A DNA stretch of 64,000 nt from Candidatus Delongbacteria bacterium (GCA_963663545.1 OY760505.1:2112001-2176000), one strand, 5' to 3'. Shown: positions 21,460 to 32,796, counted from the first letter of the stretch. A program made the numbers and translations. The notes: generated by a model not told the origin, from the letters alone.

Positions 21460-21948
21460 TTACACGAGGTCTTCTTCATCAATGAAGTGGACCTCGTGTT
21501 TAGTGTAGACGCCATGCTCGTAGTCGAAGCGTGCCATGAAACGTCGTCCAGCCATCACCCAGGGCAGGAAGTGGCGATCGCCTTCCCAGAGAGGCAAGGA
21601 TAGGAGCTGAGGCTCTGGCACCCATTCCAGAGTTCCCTCCTTCACCTGGGCAAGCAGCTTGCCTTCCGCTTCGTAGCCGCAGAAGAGGAACACCGACCAG
21701 TCGTGCCGACCATCGAAGAGTGGGAAGAGGATGTGTCCGGCAAAACGTAGGCGTCGCGGACGCAGGCCAGATTCCTCATGAATTTCACGCAGCGCGCATT
21801 CCCGTGGACTTTCGCCCGTTTCGCATTTGCCACCCAAACCGTTGTAACGGCCAAAGTGCAGATCGTCGGGCCGCGTATTTCGATGCAACATCAGCACCTC
21901 GTTTTCGTGACGTAAATAGCAGAGGGTTGCTTCTATACAGGCGGCCAT
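21460..21948 (-). CDS. NUDIX hydrolase, 8-oxo-dGTP diphosphatase (MutX/MTH1-like)
   Basis: Nudix box GGKCETGESPRECALREIHEESGL; LWEGDRHFL. Confidence 0.9.
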   Translation of the reverse strand: MAACIEATLCYLRHENEVLMLHRNTRPDDLHFGRYNGLGGKCETGESPRECALREIHEESGLRPRRLRFAGHILFPLFDGRHDWSVFLFCGYEAEGKLLAQVKEGTLEWVPEPQLLSLPLWEGDRHFLPWVMAGRRFMARFDYEHGVYTKHEVHFIDEEDLV

Positions 21949-22299
21949 GGTTCTCTCCGAGCTTCGGTTTCCGTGGAACACACATGTAATGAATTTCCGC
22001 AATATGCGCTGGCTTGAATTCTTTTCAATTTGGGCTTGCCAAAGCTAAGACTGAATGTTTCAAAGCTGAATAAATCTCTTGCTAGCCGAAGATCTCATTT
22101 CTAATATCCTTCTAGCCCGACCCATTCAGGAAGAACATTTCCCCCCCCTCTGGCTTCACGCATTCTGCTTGAAGGCGGACTTGTGCAACGGTCGGTGTAC
22201 AGTAGAGTGATTAGAAGAGTGTGTGCTGGGACAAAACTGACTCAGCTTCTGTGCAAGAAATCTTGTGCTGGAGCGAGGTGCACGTATAAGGAGAGAATC

Positions 22300-25200
22300 A
22301 TGGCGATGTCGCGAAGAGTATTTGGCACTCTGCTTTGCGGATTGTTGGCAACGCAGCTGTATGCTGCGCAGACCTTCCGCGCAAATGCAGACGCAGCAGG
22401 CTACACACTGGATTGGCAGCCCGGGCCTGCGAACCTTGTGTCACAGCACGATAGTCATGGCGATTGGTTGCAGGTCAGCTTTGATGATGCGGGCTATTTT
22501 GGCGCTCCCGGAGCTCCGGATCTGCCTTTGCTGAGTCGCATGATCGAACTGCCCGATGAGTCCGGCGTGAGCGTGGAATTGCTTGAGGCCGAATGGGAGA
22601 CGGTGAGCGGCGTTGTGGCACCCAACCAGGAACGAATGCTTGAGCCTGATGATTTCCCCGCCCCCTATCTCTTGGACGAGGACATCTACAGCAGCGACAC
22701 CTGGTATCCTGGCTCGGTGCTGAGCGTGAGTAAGCCAATGCTGGCGCGCAACCTGCGTCTGGCCAAAGTGGATCTTGTGCCTGTGCGCACGAATCCCGTA
22801 AGCGGTGAGACTCAGGTGTTGCGCAGTGCCCAGGTTCGCGTGAATTTTTCCGGCACAGACTTGCGCAATGCTCGCAGCTACGAGCTGCCAGCCAAGGATC
22901 AGCTCTATCGTCGTGTCATGGCGGACAAGCTCGTGCAACTCCCGGAGCACGAGGCGGATCGCGGCATTTTCGATGTGCCAGAAGCCCCTGGCCGCTACCT
23001 GATTTTCGCGCGTACTACAACTGTGAGTAACGATGCCTATTTCGTCAACTGGGTCAACTGGAAGCGCGAAAAAGGACACGACGTTGAGGTGATCACCGAA
23101 TCCGATCTCGGTGCTTGGACTTCCGACGCCATCAAGGGCGAAATCGAAAACCAGTACTTCAGTGATACACCGCCACTCTATGTGACGCTGGTGGGTGACC
23201 CAAACGCAAGCGCTGATTACTATCTGCCCTACAGCAGCAGCCAGTACGATCACATTTATGGCATGATCGATGGTGACGATCTGATTGCCGACGTCGCCGT
23301 AGGTCGCCTTTCCGTAGAGAACGCGAATCAGCTGCGAACGGTCATGTACAAGTTCATGATGTACGAGACCACGCCGACCGCTCACAGTAGTGGTTGGTTA
23401 GGCAAGGCGGCTATGATGACCGGCTACGCCGGCCTTTCCATGATTCAGCAGTCGCGCAGTCTGTGCAACGACATGATTGCCAATGGTATCACAGAGATCG
23501 ACACAGTCTGGCATCCAAATGGAAGTGCGGCCTGGGTGGAGAACTGTTTCAATGAAGGCATTTGCCTTTATAACTATCGCGGCTACATCAACATGAACGG
23601 GCTGAACGAGAGCTATTTCAACGATACCTCCGTGTTCCAGAATTCAGCCCGTACACCGGTTGCGGCCATCTTCACTTGTGATACGGGAACATTCGGTCAG
23701 TCCGATGGTCCTTGCGAGACGGAACTCTTTTTGCGCTGGGGTGACATCGACAATCCTCGCGGCGCTGTTGCCGCTCTCGGGTTCGCTACTTCCGGCACAG
23801 CTACACGCTACAACAATGTTGTCGTGGCCGGTTTCTGGGGCGCCTTTCTGGATCACGGCTTGGCCCAGATCGGCCCGGCGCTGGCGTTTGGCAAGTATGA
23901 GTTGGTGACCAACCTGCCGGTCGGTGCGACGGAATCAGCGAGCTTCAGCTACTGGGGCAACCTCATGGGTGACCCAGGCATGGATATGTGGTGTGGTGTT
24001 CCGGCTGCTCTCAGTGTGTCACACAACTTCAGCGGCAACATTCCTTTGGGTGCAACGGGTATTGATGCCTATGTGAGCAGTATAGGAACGGCAGTTTCCG
24101 GAGCTGCAGTTTGTGCTTATCAAGGCGGCGTGATACAATCAGTTGGTATCACAGATGCCAGTGGTCATGTCATACTTGACCTGAGTGGAATTCAGGCCGG
24201 GGCGCTCCAGCTGACGGCGACTAAGGTTGACTATCTGCCTTCGCGTAATACACTGACCGTCAGTCAGTTCACGCGGTATCCCAGTGTGGTGGACGCCGGC
24301 ATCAATGGTGACGGTATTGCGAATCCGGCCGAAAGCGTGGTGCTGAATCCCGTCGTGGCCAATACAGGGTCCAGCTCGATCAGCTTCCTCACCGCCACTG
24401 TGAGCCTTGATGCGGAGTACGGCACTATCAGTGATGCAACGCTGAGCTGGCCAGCCATCGCCAGTGGATCACAGGCTGCTGCTACAGGCAGTTGTTCACT
24501 GACATTGGCATCTGACTTGCCCGATGGAACCATGGTCCCCGCGTCCATCGTCTTCAACACGGGTTCCGAGAACTATACCGACCTGTTGTGGATCGAAGTC
24601 AGTGCGCCGCGTCCCGTGATCAGCGACATCACCTTCAACGAGATCGCCTCTTTCGCCCTGCCCGGGCAGACGGCGACAATGGAGTTGCAGCTCGCAAATC
24701 TTGGCAGCTACGCGGCCTCAGGTTTGCAGTTCACACTTGGTGATGGCGGCTTTTCCTTTATCACGATGATCGATGGCAGTTTCAGCGGCTACAATGCAGC
24801 TCCCGGAGAAAGTGCAGAAGCCGTCTTTGAGCTGACAATTGACAACACAGCCACTCGTGGTTTGCCTGTATCACTTCCATTGACCTGGAGTTCGCCCTCT
24901 GGAATCACCGGCTCGATGAGCGTGGATTTTGTGGTGGGCTATGGTGTTGAGTCGGGTCCGACGGGTCCGGACGCCTACGGGTACATCGCCATTGAAAGCA
25001 CCGACAGCTACACGCTGGCACCCACTTACAGTTGGGTCGAAGTCGCCTCACCGGCAGGCGGCAGCGGTACTGCGCTGGGTTTGACTGACTACGGAGGAAA
25101 TCAGGATGACGCAGCAACTGTGGCCATCCCCATTCACTTTGTGTATTACGGCAAGACCTATAGCGAGCTCGCTGTGTGTTCCAATGGCTTCCTCGGCATG

Positions 25201-26904
25201 GAAGAGGGCGCTGTCGATCAGACCGACTTCCGCAATCACTTTCTGCCCAGTGCTACAGGTCCTGACGGCATGATTGCCGTCATGTGGGATGACCTGATGC
25301 AAACGGGCAATGCGGATGTATACACGTACTACGACGTGGCCAATCATCGCTTCATCATTGAGTGGTACGATTTCGTGCTGAACGCGGGTGGCGACAACAC
25401 CTTCCAGATCATTTTGTTTGACGTGGACTACTACAGCACTCCTACCGGTGATAGCCCCATTCTTACTCAGTATCAGGTCTGGAACAACGATCAGTCGAAT
25501 ATCTATGACTTCCCGTATTGCTCGGTGGGTATCGAAGATGAATCCGCCTCTATGGGCTTGACATTGACCAACTACAATGTTGACGCTGCCACTATCAGTG
25601 GTTTTACTTCCGGCAAGGCCGTGTATTACACAACGGCCCGCGGGGAGTCACTCAGTAGTGAATCTGATCCCCCGGTAATTGAAACAGAACCCGTTACTGG
25701 CGCACGCTTCGACGAGCCCGTGACAATTGAGGCCGAGGTCTACGATGCAAGTTGTGTTGCTTGGGTTAAGCTGTTCTGGCGCGCCGATGGATCCGCATAC
25801 AACGAGTGCGAAATGGCGTACCAGGGCGGTGATACATGGAAGTATGAGATTGCTGAGTTGGCAGCGGGAACGGTAGTTGACTATTACCTGCAGGCGCAGG
25901 ACCTCGCCACGGTTCCGAATCAAGCCAGCACGGAGGTGCGCCAGTACACGGTTCTGGCGGGTGATCCGCCGACGGGTCCGGACACGTACGGCTACTACAT
26001 TTTCGATAGTGAAGACGCGGGCGAAGGCCACGAGTTTGATTGGGTCAGTGTACCGGCAGGCGCTCTCAGTTTGACCCTGGCTGACGATGCTACTTCCACC
26101 ATTTCTCTGCCCTTCGACGTGATCTTCTACGGGCAGAGTTACTCCACGGTCTCTGTGTGTTCCAACGGTTTCCTGGCCATGGGTAGTAGCTCTACTACGA
26201 CCTATTCTAACGGCACGCTTCCGGCGGGAAGTGTTGGCGAGATGATTGCCCCCTTCTGGGATGACCTCAATCCCAGCTCGGCAGGAAGCATTGACTATTG
26301 GTACGACAGTGACAGCCACCGCTTCTTCGTGTGTTACACAGACGTGCCCCACTTTGGATCAACCATTATTACAGAGACTTTCCAGCTTGCCTTCTGTGAC
26401 GAGGCCTACTATGCAACCATTACCGGTGATACACCGATTCTGATTCAGTATCACACGGTTTCTGATGCTACCAGCTGCACCGTAGGTATTGCCAACGATA
26501 CTGCAGATGGCATTCAGTACCTCTATGGAACCGGGAGCAGCCCAGAGTATGCAGCGGATGCTGCCACAATTGTGAGTGGCCAGGTTTTGTGGATCACGAC
26601 TGGCGAGATGGTTCTGGCACCTGTTGAGGTCACTGATTTGATGATTCAGCACACAAATGGACAGTTTGTTCTAAGCTGGACTTCGACGGGTGCAGGCTTG
26701 TACCGTGTTTATCGCGCAGATAGCCCCTATGGCAACTACTCCACTTTGATTGGCACGACGACTGATTCGAATTACAGTCTGGGTGCAGTAGCAGGGCGTG
26801 CCTTCTATCAGGTCTGTGCTGTAAACGGTGAATCCTTGCTCGCTGTCCCGCGAGATTGGCGGCAGGTAACCGCCACCTATTCCACCGACAAAACAGAAGA
26901 GTAA
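22300..26904 (+). CDS. Peptidase C25 (gingipain-family) multidomain secreted protein
   Basis: Propeptide (PGAPDLP), WKREKG, YVTLVGD, VGRLSV, IFTCDTG, NLMGDPG; two GPDxYGY domains. Confidence 0.9.
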   Translation: MAMSRRVFGTLLCGLLATQLYAAQTFRANADAAGYTLDWQPGPANLVSQHDSHGDWLQVSFDDAGYFGAPGAPDLPLLSRMIELPDESGVSVELLEAEWETVSGVVAPNQERMLEPDDFPAPYLLDEDIYSSDTWYPGSVLSVSKPMLARNLRLAKVDLVPVRTNPVSGETQVLRSAQVRVNFSGTDLRNARSYELPAKDQLYRRVMADKLVQLPEHEADRGIFDVPEAPGRYLIFARTTTVSNDAYFVNWVNWKREKGHDVEVITESDLGAWTSDAIKGEIENQYFSDTPPLYVTLVGDPNASADYYLPYSSSQYDHIYGMIDGDDLIADVAVGRLSVENANQLRTVMYKFMMYETTPTAHSSGWLGKAAMMTGYAGLSMIQQSRSLCNDMIANGITEIDTVWHPNGSAAWVENCFNEGICLYNYRGYINMNGLNESYFNDTSVFQNSARTPVAAIFTCDTGTFGQSDGPCETELFLRWGDIDNPRGAVAALGFATSGTATRYNNVVVAGFWGAFLDHGLAQIGPALAFGKYELVTNLPVGATESASFSYWGNLMGDPGMDMWCGVPAALSVSHNFSGNIPLGATGIDAYVSSIGTAVSGAAVCAYQGGVIQSVGITDASGHVILDLSGIQAGALQLTATKVDYLPSRNTLTVSQFTRYPSVVDAGINGDGIANPAESVVLNPVVANTGSSSISFLTATVSLDAEYGTISDATLSWPAIASGSQAAATGSCSLTLASDLPDGTMVPASIVFNTGSENYTDLLWIEVSAPRPVISDITFNEIASFALPGQTATMELQLANLGSYAASGLQFTLGDGGFSFITMIDGSFSGYNAAPGESAEAVFELTIDNTATRGLPVSLPLTWSSPSGITGSMSVDFVVGYGVESGPTGPDAYGYIAIESTDSYTLAPTYSWVEVASPAGGSGTALGLTDYGGNQDDAATVAIPIHFVYYGKTYSELAVCSNGFLGMEEGAVDQTDFRNHFLPSATGPDGMIAVMWDDLMQTGNADVYTYYDVANHRFIIEWYDFVLNAGGDNTFQIILFDVDYYSTPTGDSPILTQYQVWNNDQSNIYDFPYCSVGIEDESASMGLTLTNYNVDAATISGFTSGKAVYYTTARGESLSSESDPPVIETEPVTGARFDEPVTIEAEVYDASCVAWVKLFWRADGSAYNECEMAYQGGDTWKYEIAELAAGTVVDYYLQAQDLATVPNQASTEVRQYTVLAGDPPTGPDTYGYYIFDSEDAGEGHEFDWVSVPAGALSLTLADDATSTISLPFDVIFYGQSYSTVSVCSNGFLAMGSSSTTTYSNGTLPAGSVGEMIAPFWDDLNPSSAGSIDYWYDSDSHRFFVCYTDVPHFGSTIITETFQLAFCDEAYYATITGDTPILIQYHTVSDATSCTVGIANDTADGIQYLYGTGSSPEYAADAATIVSGQVLWITTGEMVLAPVEVTDLMIQHTNGQFVLSWTSTGAGLYRVYRADSPYGNYSTLIGTTTDSNYSLGAVAGRAFYQVCAVNGESLLAVPRDWRQVTATYSTDKTEE

Positions 26905-26913
26905 GGGGCGCAA

Positions 26914-29900
26914 ATGAAGACAATGCTATCAACCCTACTGCTGGCAGGCCTGATGGGCCTGCCGGCAATGGCCGCAGTATCAGGCCGAGCCAATGCTGCC
27001 TGTGAGAGTGTAAATGGGGATATCGTGTTTGAATTTCCGGTAGCGGAACTCGGGCGTGTCACCATGCAGGACCAGGATTGGACAACCATCTCGATGGAGG
27101 GATGTAACACAAGCACCGTTCCAGGCGAGCCCGAAGTGCCGCTGATCGGGCGCTTTGTGCAGATTCCGGACCAGAGCGATGTCCGCTTTGTTCTGGTGGA
27201 GGCGGAGTACGAAGATTTCGATCTGAACGCACCACTACTTCCGCAGCTTGAACGAGTTCACTCAGAGGCCGAACTACCGCTGCCCTTCCTTTTCAACGAG
27301 GCGGCGTATCACAGCTCGCAGTATCCGGCAGAAGTGTGGGAATGCGATGATCCGGTTCTGTTGCGAAACAACCGACTGGTGAAACTCGTGGTACATCCGG
27401 CACAAATCCGGGAAGAGGGCGCGACCTTGCGCATTTACAGTCGACTTGTGTTACGGCCTGTATTTGAGGGCGTGAACCCGATTAATCAGCGCACACGTCG
27501 GATTCAATCCTCGGGAACGAGTCTTGTCCGTGCTGTTGAACAGCAGATTGTAAATCGGGATGTATCACATGACGGTGCAATGCGCGATCTCTTCGATGCG
27601 CGCGTGCTACCAGGCAATTACTTGTTCATCGCGTACGATGAGACCATTACTGGCGATGCCGTATTCAACACTTTTGTTGACTGGAAGCGCAGTAAGGGAC
27701 ATCATGTCGATATCGCCACGAGCAGCGAAATCGGTTCGATGACGAACAGCAGCATCAAGTCCTACATCCAGAACGCGTACTTCAACTGGGAGTATACGCC
27801 CGAGTTCGTCGTGCTCTTTGGTGATGCAGAATCCTATGCCAGCGAGTTCTCCATTCCGGCAGGCCCGGGCGGCTCTTACGATGGACAACAGGATCACTAC
27901 TACGCCTGCGTCGACGGAACGGACGCCTTGGCAGACATTGTTGTGGGGCGTATCTCGATCGAGAATATCAATCAGATGCGAACCGTTCTGCGCAAGACCA
28001 TGTATTACGAACAGACGCCCACTGGAAACGGCATCGGTGATGCATGGATGTCTCACGCGGCCCTTTCCGTTGGTTATGATGCTTTCTCCATGATTCAGCA
28101 GTCGCGCAGTATTGCCATTGATCTGGTCGAGCATGGATACGATGTCATCGACACGACTTGGAGTAGCTCACTCGAGTGGGTGAACGCGCGTTTTAACGAA
28201 GGCATCAGCATCTACAATTACCGCGGCTGGGTTGGCATGAACGGCGTGGATGCTAGCTCTGTCGACAATGACTCCTATTTCAACAACAGCTACCGCACCC
28301 CTGTGACAGTCATTTTCACGTGTGGTACGGGAAACTTCAACCAGAGCTATTCCACAACCGAAGCCTTCTTGCGAAAGGGCGATGTCGTTGATTTCAAGGG
28401 CGGTGTCTGTGCCATGGGCTTCTGCACAAGTGATACACATACTGCCTACAACAATGCGGTGGTGGGAGGCTTCTTCTACGGCGCGCTGGATTTCAATATT
28501 CCCCAGGTTGGCACTGACATGTTCATGGGCAAGTATCACCTCTATCTGGCACTTGCTCCGGGTGACTCAAACGCTGAAGTGTTTGCGAACCGGGCGAATC
28601 TAATGGGTGATCCGGGAATGGATATCTGGCTTGGGCGTCCGGATGTGCTAAGCGTTGACTGCGCCAGCGGCATCTCACTGGGTAGTGAGTACTTCGATGT
28701 TGGTGTTGAAGCACAAGGTGGCGCGCTGGCAGATGCTGTTGTCTGTCTCTACGATGCCGATACAGGCTTTCAAGTCCGCTGTATCACAGATGCAAGTGGT
28801 CGTGCTGTACTCCCGCTCGACGGTCTGAGTGCTGGCGATGTGACACTTACAGTTTCCAAACCGCAATTCCTGGTTGTTCAGCAGGAGCTGAGTGTGACAC
28901 AGGCACAATCCGCCGTGGCTGTTACGGCTTCCGGCATCCAGGGAGATGGAATTGCTCTTCCGGGAGAGACTGTCGCACTTCGTCCGGTTCTGGAGAACAT
29001 TGGGAGCCTTTCCACTTTAACCAGTGTTTCCGGTGCCATTACAGTAGATCCGGCCTGGGGTGTGGCCACCACATCAACAGCAAACTGGGCGAATCTCGTT
29101 CCTGGTGCTTCCGCTGCATCTTCAACTTCATTTGTGATACAACTGACCGATGAGCTGTTTTCAGGACAGGAGTTGATGATCCCGCTGCATATCACAAGCG
29201 CTCAAGGTTCCTTCGATACAATCATTCCCGTGTGTGTTACAGCGCCCGTGATGCTTTTAACGGATATCGAGTTCGTTCCAGGTGGTGGTGCCATGCTCTC
29301 CGGTGTGGCCTGTCAAGCGGATCTGACCCTTGCCAACACGGGAGACTACGACGCCAGCGGTTTGAGCTTTACGCTGGTGGATGCCGACTATTTCGTAGAT
29401 GTTCTGCAGGGAACGTCTTCATTGTCCGAGTTGGCTGTGGGGGCCAGCGGCAGTGTTTCCTTCGAGCTCTTTGCCGAAGAAGCCTACGCGGGTTACACTG
29501 CAGAGATGCAGCTCAACTGGTCCACATCGGAGGGCATCTGCGGGAGCCTGCCCGTGCAGTTTACTCTTGGCTATGAGAGTAGCGAGTCACCAACGGGCCC
29601 AGACCGGTATGGCTACCGCATTTATGAAGACACGGACGCAAATACCGAATCGCCACACTACGACTGGATTGAGATTGCACCGTCGGCTGGCGGTAGTGGT
29701 ACACTTGTTCCGTTGACGGATAACGGCGACGAGCAGGATGACGCCGTGTTGATGAATCTGCCCTTTGATTTTGTCTTCTACGGCGAGAGTTTTGATCAGG
29801 TGGGAATTTGCTCCAATGGCTTTATCGCATTCGGCCCACTGGCGCACATGGAGACGGATTTCCGCAATCACAATTTGCCCTGCGGTATGGGGCCTGACTA

Positions 29901-31371
29901 CATGTTGGCGCCAATGTGGGATGACTTCTACATGGATGCAGAAGGGCAAGTGTACACCAAGTATCTACCAGCAGAAGGTATGTTTGTTGTCGAATGGTAC
30001 AACACGCGCTTCAACGGATACAGTAGCGATCGTAACACATTCCAGATCATTTTGTACGATCCCGTGACACATCCTACTCTCACCGGTGATGGCGAGATCG
30101 TATTCCAGTACTCCGTGTTCAACAACACCCAGTCCAACTCTACTGACTATCCGTCTTGCACAATTGGTATGAAGAACGGTGACTCCACAGATGGACTGAT
30201 GCTGACACATGTAAGTCAGTGGGTGAGTACCGCGACACCGATTTCGGACGGACGCGCGGTCAAGATTACCACGGACATCGGCTACTTCACGGGCATTGAT
30301 CTTGTTGCACCCGTCATTGAACAGCAGCCGCTGGATGTTGCCTACAACTCTGCTCCCCTGGTGATTTCAGCGTCCATTACCGATGCCACAGGCGTCCTGT
30401 CAGCAGAACTTTTCTACAGTGTGGACGGAGGCGAGTACGAAACCCTGACGATGGGTTGGCAGGGGGGAAGCATGTATTCCGCCCAGCTCCCACGATTGGG
30501 CGGTGGCAGCGTGCTCGAGTATCACATCGTTGCTGTGGACGCAAGTGACGAGCACAACGAGCGTGTTACAACTACACGTACCATTCAGGTGTATTACAAC
30601 CTTGGCCAGTACGAGATGGGTGGCATTGACGGGTGGACGCATACTGACGGCCCGGGGCGAACCGATGAATGGCATCTGGAGTCGGCGCGCTATCATAGCG
30701 CAGGAACATCCTGGAAATTCGGCGGCTCGGGGCTAGACGACTACGGTAGCAGCTCCGGCGGAGTTTTAACCAGTCCCGTGATCAACATTCCCTCAGGCGC
30801 AACGGATCTGCAACTCAGCTTCTGGAGCTGGATCAACGCGGAGACTTCCTCTTACTATCCCGATTCGTGTTACGATGGTGGTGTTGTGGAGGTAAGTTTG
30901 AACGGTGGCGAGTGGGAGCCTGTAACACCGACCTCGGGTTATTCCAAGTTCCTGCGCGAGCGCTCGGCACTCAGCGACTGGTTCGGATTCCCGCGTCCCA
31001 TGTTTGCGGGAGCAGAAGAGTGGACACCCTACATCTTCCCGCTCGGTGATACTGTTGCGGCTTTGCAGGTGCGTTTCATGTTTGGTAGTGATGGCGCGGT
31101 CCAGCATGAGGGCTGGTACATTGACGACCTGCGTATCACGAGTTTGGGGGAGATCGCTGCTCCGGACCCGGTTATGCTAAGCATCAATGTGCTTCCCAAT
31201 GGGCAGATAGAGCTGGACTGGGACGAGTCTGAGTTTGCCGTCGTCTACCATGTGTATGCAAGTAGTAACGCGTATTCAGGCTATGAACTGATTGCGACAA
31301 CCGAAGAACCGGGCTACACAATTTCCCATGGAAGTGGCTGGTCCTTCTTCATGGTCAAGGCACTGAACTAG
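26914..31371 (+). CDS. Peptidase C25 (gingipain-family) multidomain secreted protein, paralog
   Basis: PGEPEVP, WKRSKG, VGRISI, IFTCGTG, NLMGDPG; GPDRYGY domain; C-terminal jelly-roll (YDGGVVEVS...GWYIDD). Confidence 0.9.
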   Translation: MKTMLSTLLLAGLMGLPAMAAVSGRANAACESVNGDIVFEFPVAELGRVTMQDQDWTTISMEGCNTSTVPGEPEVPLIGRFVQIPDQSDVRFVLVEAEYEDFDLNAPLLPQLERVHSEAELPLPFLFNEAAYHSSQYPAEVWECDDPVLLRNNRLVKLVVHPAQIREEGATLRIYSRLVLRPVFEGVNPINQRTRRIQSSGTSLVRAVEQQIVNRDVSHDGAMRDLFDARVLPGNYLFIAYDETITGDAVFNTFVDWKRSKGHHVDIATSSEIGSMTNSSIKSYIQNAYFNWEYTPEFVVLFGDAESYASEFSIPAGPGGSYDGQQDHYYACVDGTDALADIVVGRISIENINQMRTVLRKTMYYEQTPTGNGIGDAWMSHAALSVGYDAFSMIQQSRSIAIDLVEHGYDVIDTTWSSSLEWVNARFNEGISIYNYRGWVGMNGVDASSVDNDSYFNNSYRTPVTVIFTCGTGNFNQSYSTTEAFLRKGDVVDFKGGVCAMGFCTSDTHTAYNNAVVGGFFYGALDFNIPQVGTDMFMGKYHLYLALAPGDSNAEVFANRANLMGDPGMDIWLGRPDVLSVDCASGISLGSEYFDVGVEAQGGALADAVVCLYDADTGFQVRCITDASGRAVLPLDGLSAGDVTLTVSKPQFLVVQQELSVTQAQSAVAVTASGIQGDGIALPGETVALRPVLENIGSLSTLTSVSGAITVDPAWGVATTSTANWANLVPGASAASSTSFVIQLTDELFSGQELMIPLHITSAQGSFDTIIPVCVTAPVMLLTDIEFVPGGGAMLSGVACQADLTLANTGDYDASGLSFTLVDADYFVDVLQGTSSLSELAVGASGSVSFELFAEEAYAGYTAEMQLNWSTSEGICGSLPVQFTLGYESSESPTGPDRYGYRIYEDTDANTESPHYDWIEIAPSAGGSGTLVPLTDNGDEQDDAVLMNLPFDFVFYGESFDQVGICSNGFIAFGPLAHMETDFRNHNLPCGMGPDYMLAPMWDDFYMDAEGQVYTKYLPAEGMFVVEWYNTRFNGYSSDRNTFQIILYDPVTHPTLTGDGEIVFQYSVFNNTQSNSTDYPSCTIGMKNGDSTDGLMLTHVSQWVSTATPISDGRAVKITTDIGYFTGIDLVAPVIEQQPLDVAYNSAPLVISASITDATGVLSAELFYSVDGGEYETLTMGWQGGSMYSAQLPRLGGGSVLEYHIVAVDASDEHNERVTTTRTIQVYYNLGQYEMGGIDGWTHTDGPGRTDEWHLESARYHSAGTSWKFGGSGLDDYGSSSGGVLTSPVINIPSGATDLQLSFWSWINAETSSYYPDSCYDGGVVEVSLNGGEWEPVTPTSGYSKFLRERSALSDWFGFPRPMFAGAEEWTPYIFPLGDTVAALQVRFMFGSDGAVQHEGWYIDDLRITSLGEIAAPDPVMLSINVLPNGQIELDWDESEFAVVYHVYASSNAYSGYELIATTEEPGYTISHGSGWSFFMVKALN

Positions 31372-31389
31372 TAGATCTTTGTGTGTTAC

Positions 31390-31426
31390 AAGGGCGGGAG
31401 TGTCTCAGGATGCTTCCGCCCTTTTC
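31390..31426. terminator. Hairpin between convergent genes
   Basis: AAGGGCGGGAG...CTTCCGCCCTTTT; preceded by GTGTTACA at 31383. Confidence 0.6.
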
Positions 31427-32796
31427 TGCTTATAGTGTATCACAACACCAAAGAGTAGTACCAGTGAGGATACGGGAAGTGCAGCGTAGAGTGGGTCCAG
31501 GCCAAACGGATAGACAGGCCAGCCCCCCTGTGCATGTAGCCAGCCTAGCACTTGCCAGGAAAGGGAAACCGTTGCACCGGAAATCATCGAGAACAAGCCG
31601 AAGAGGTGGCCGGGGTATGTGTCACGGCTCAGGAAGGAGTGTAGCAGAACCGGTAACAGCACAGGAATTCCAAGCTGTGCAATCGTCAGCCATAGCTCTA
31701 CAATGCTGCGCATCCACCAGATCATGACAGCGGCCAGAATCGAAGCTACTAGAAGACCCATTCGAGTGACCCGACGCACCCGATCGCGATCGCGTAGCCC
31801 TAACAGGTCACGTGCGATAGTTGACCCGCTGAGGAAACAGAAGCTATCCAGAGTACTCAGTACCGTCGCCAGCATGCTTCCGTAGAACACACCTTGTATT
31901 ACGGGGGGGAGAATTCCAGCCAACGCTGGATACGCATCTGCTGGATTCGCGAGATTTGGCAATAGGGCACGCGCATACAAGCCGGTGAAGGTTGTCAGCG
32001 CGTCAAACACGAACCAGCAGAGAATGCTCAGGAGTATTCCACGGCGAGCGGTTTGTGTATCACGAGCTACGGCAACACGCTGATGGAAGCCTGGGTCCAC
32101 GAGCGTCCACATGGCAACGAATCCCCAGACGAGTACTTGCCCCCAGCTTAGTGTGCCTGGAATGCTCATGTGAGTTGCGGGAAGTTCTTGCTGCAAAAAC
32201 CCTAGAAAACCGTGCTGTAACACAAGCCAGAGAAACACGGTGCCGAAACCGGCGAACATCAATACGAACTGTATCACGTCGGTTAGGATGACGCTCTTCA
32301 GGCCGCCCCGCCACACATAACCAACAGTCAGCAGCAGAGACAGCGCAAGCGAAACAGCAAAAGATGTACCGGTCAGGGCTGATAGCAGCAGCGTAGCCAT
32401 CAGCAGGTAAGGGGCTGGCGACACCATTAGCAGGGCGTACACTCCAGCGAATCGTCCGGCGATTTTCCCGTGGCGCAGAGATATCTGTTCGGGGATGCTC
32501 AGGCTTTCAGCTCCTCGCACGCGTTTTGCGAGAACCAGGGCATAGACCAGCGCAAAGAGATAGTAGAACGCACCCAGAGCAAGCCACGTGACAATGCCGC
32601 TGCTATAGGCGAACTCGCCAACACCAAGGATTCCACCATACCATGTGCAGACCAGAGTGGCGACAAATGCGGGAAGCGTGATACGTCGTCCAGCGCTGAT
32701 ATAGTCGCGACTGCTCGCGCTAGCCAGCATACCGACTACAGGAACAACGATTACACAACTGAGGGCTATCAGGATGGCGATCGGATGAAGAGTCAT
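31405..32796 (-). CDS. Sodium:solute symporter family transporter
   Basis: Many TM helices; DYISAGR, GGLKSVILTDVIQF, DPGFHQR, LSTLDS. Confidence 0.9.
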   Translation of the reverse strand: MTLHPIAILIALSCVIVVPVVGMLASASSRDYISAGRRITLPAFVATLVCTWYGGILGVGEFAYSSGIVTWLALGAFYYLFALVYALVLAKRVRGAESLSIPEQISLRHGKIAGRFAGVYALLMVSPAPYLLMATLLLSALTGTSFAVSLALSLLLTVGYVWRGGLKSVILTDVIQFVLMFAGFGTVFLWLVLQHGFLGFLQQELPATHMSIPGTLSWGQVLVWGFVAMWTLVDPGFHQRVAVARDTQTARRGILLSILCWFVFDALTTFTGLYARALLPNLANPADAYPALAGILPPVIQGVFYGSMLATVLSTLDSFCFLSGSTIARDLLGLRDRDRVRRVTRMGLLVASILAAVMIWWMRSIVELWLTIAQLGIPVLLPVLLHSFLSRDTYPGHLFGLFSMISGATVSLSWQVLGWLHAQGGWPVYPFGLDPLYAALPVSSLVLLFGVVIHYKQKRAEAS

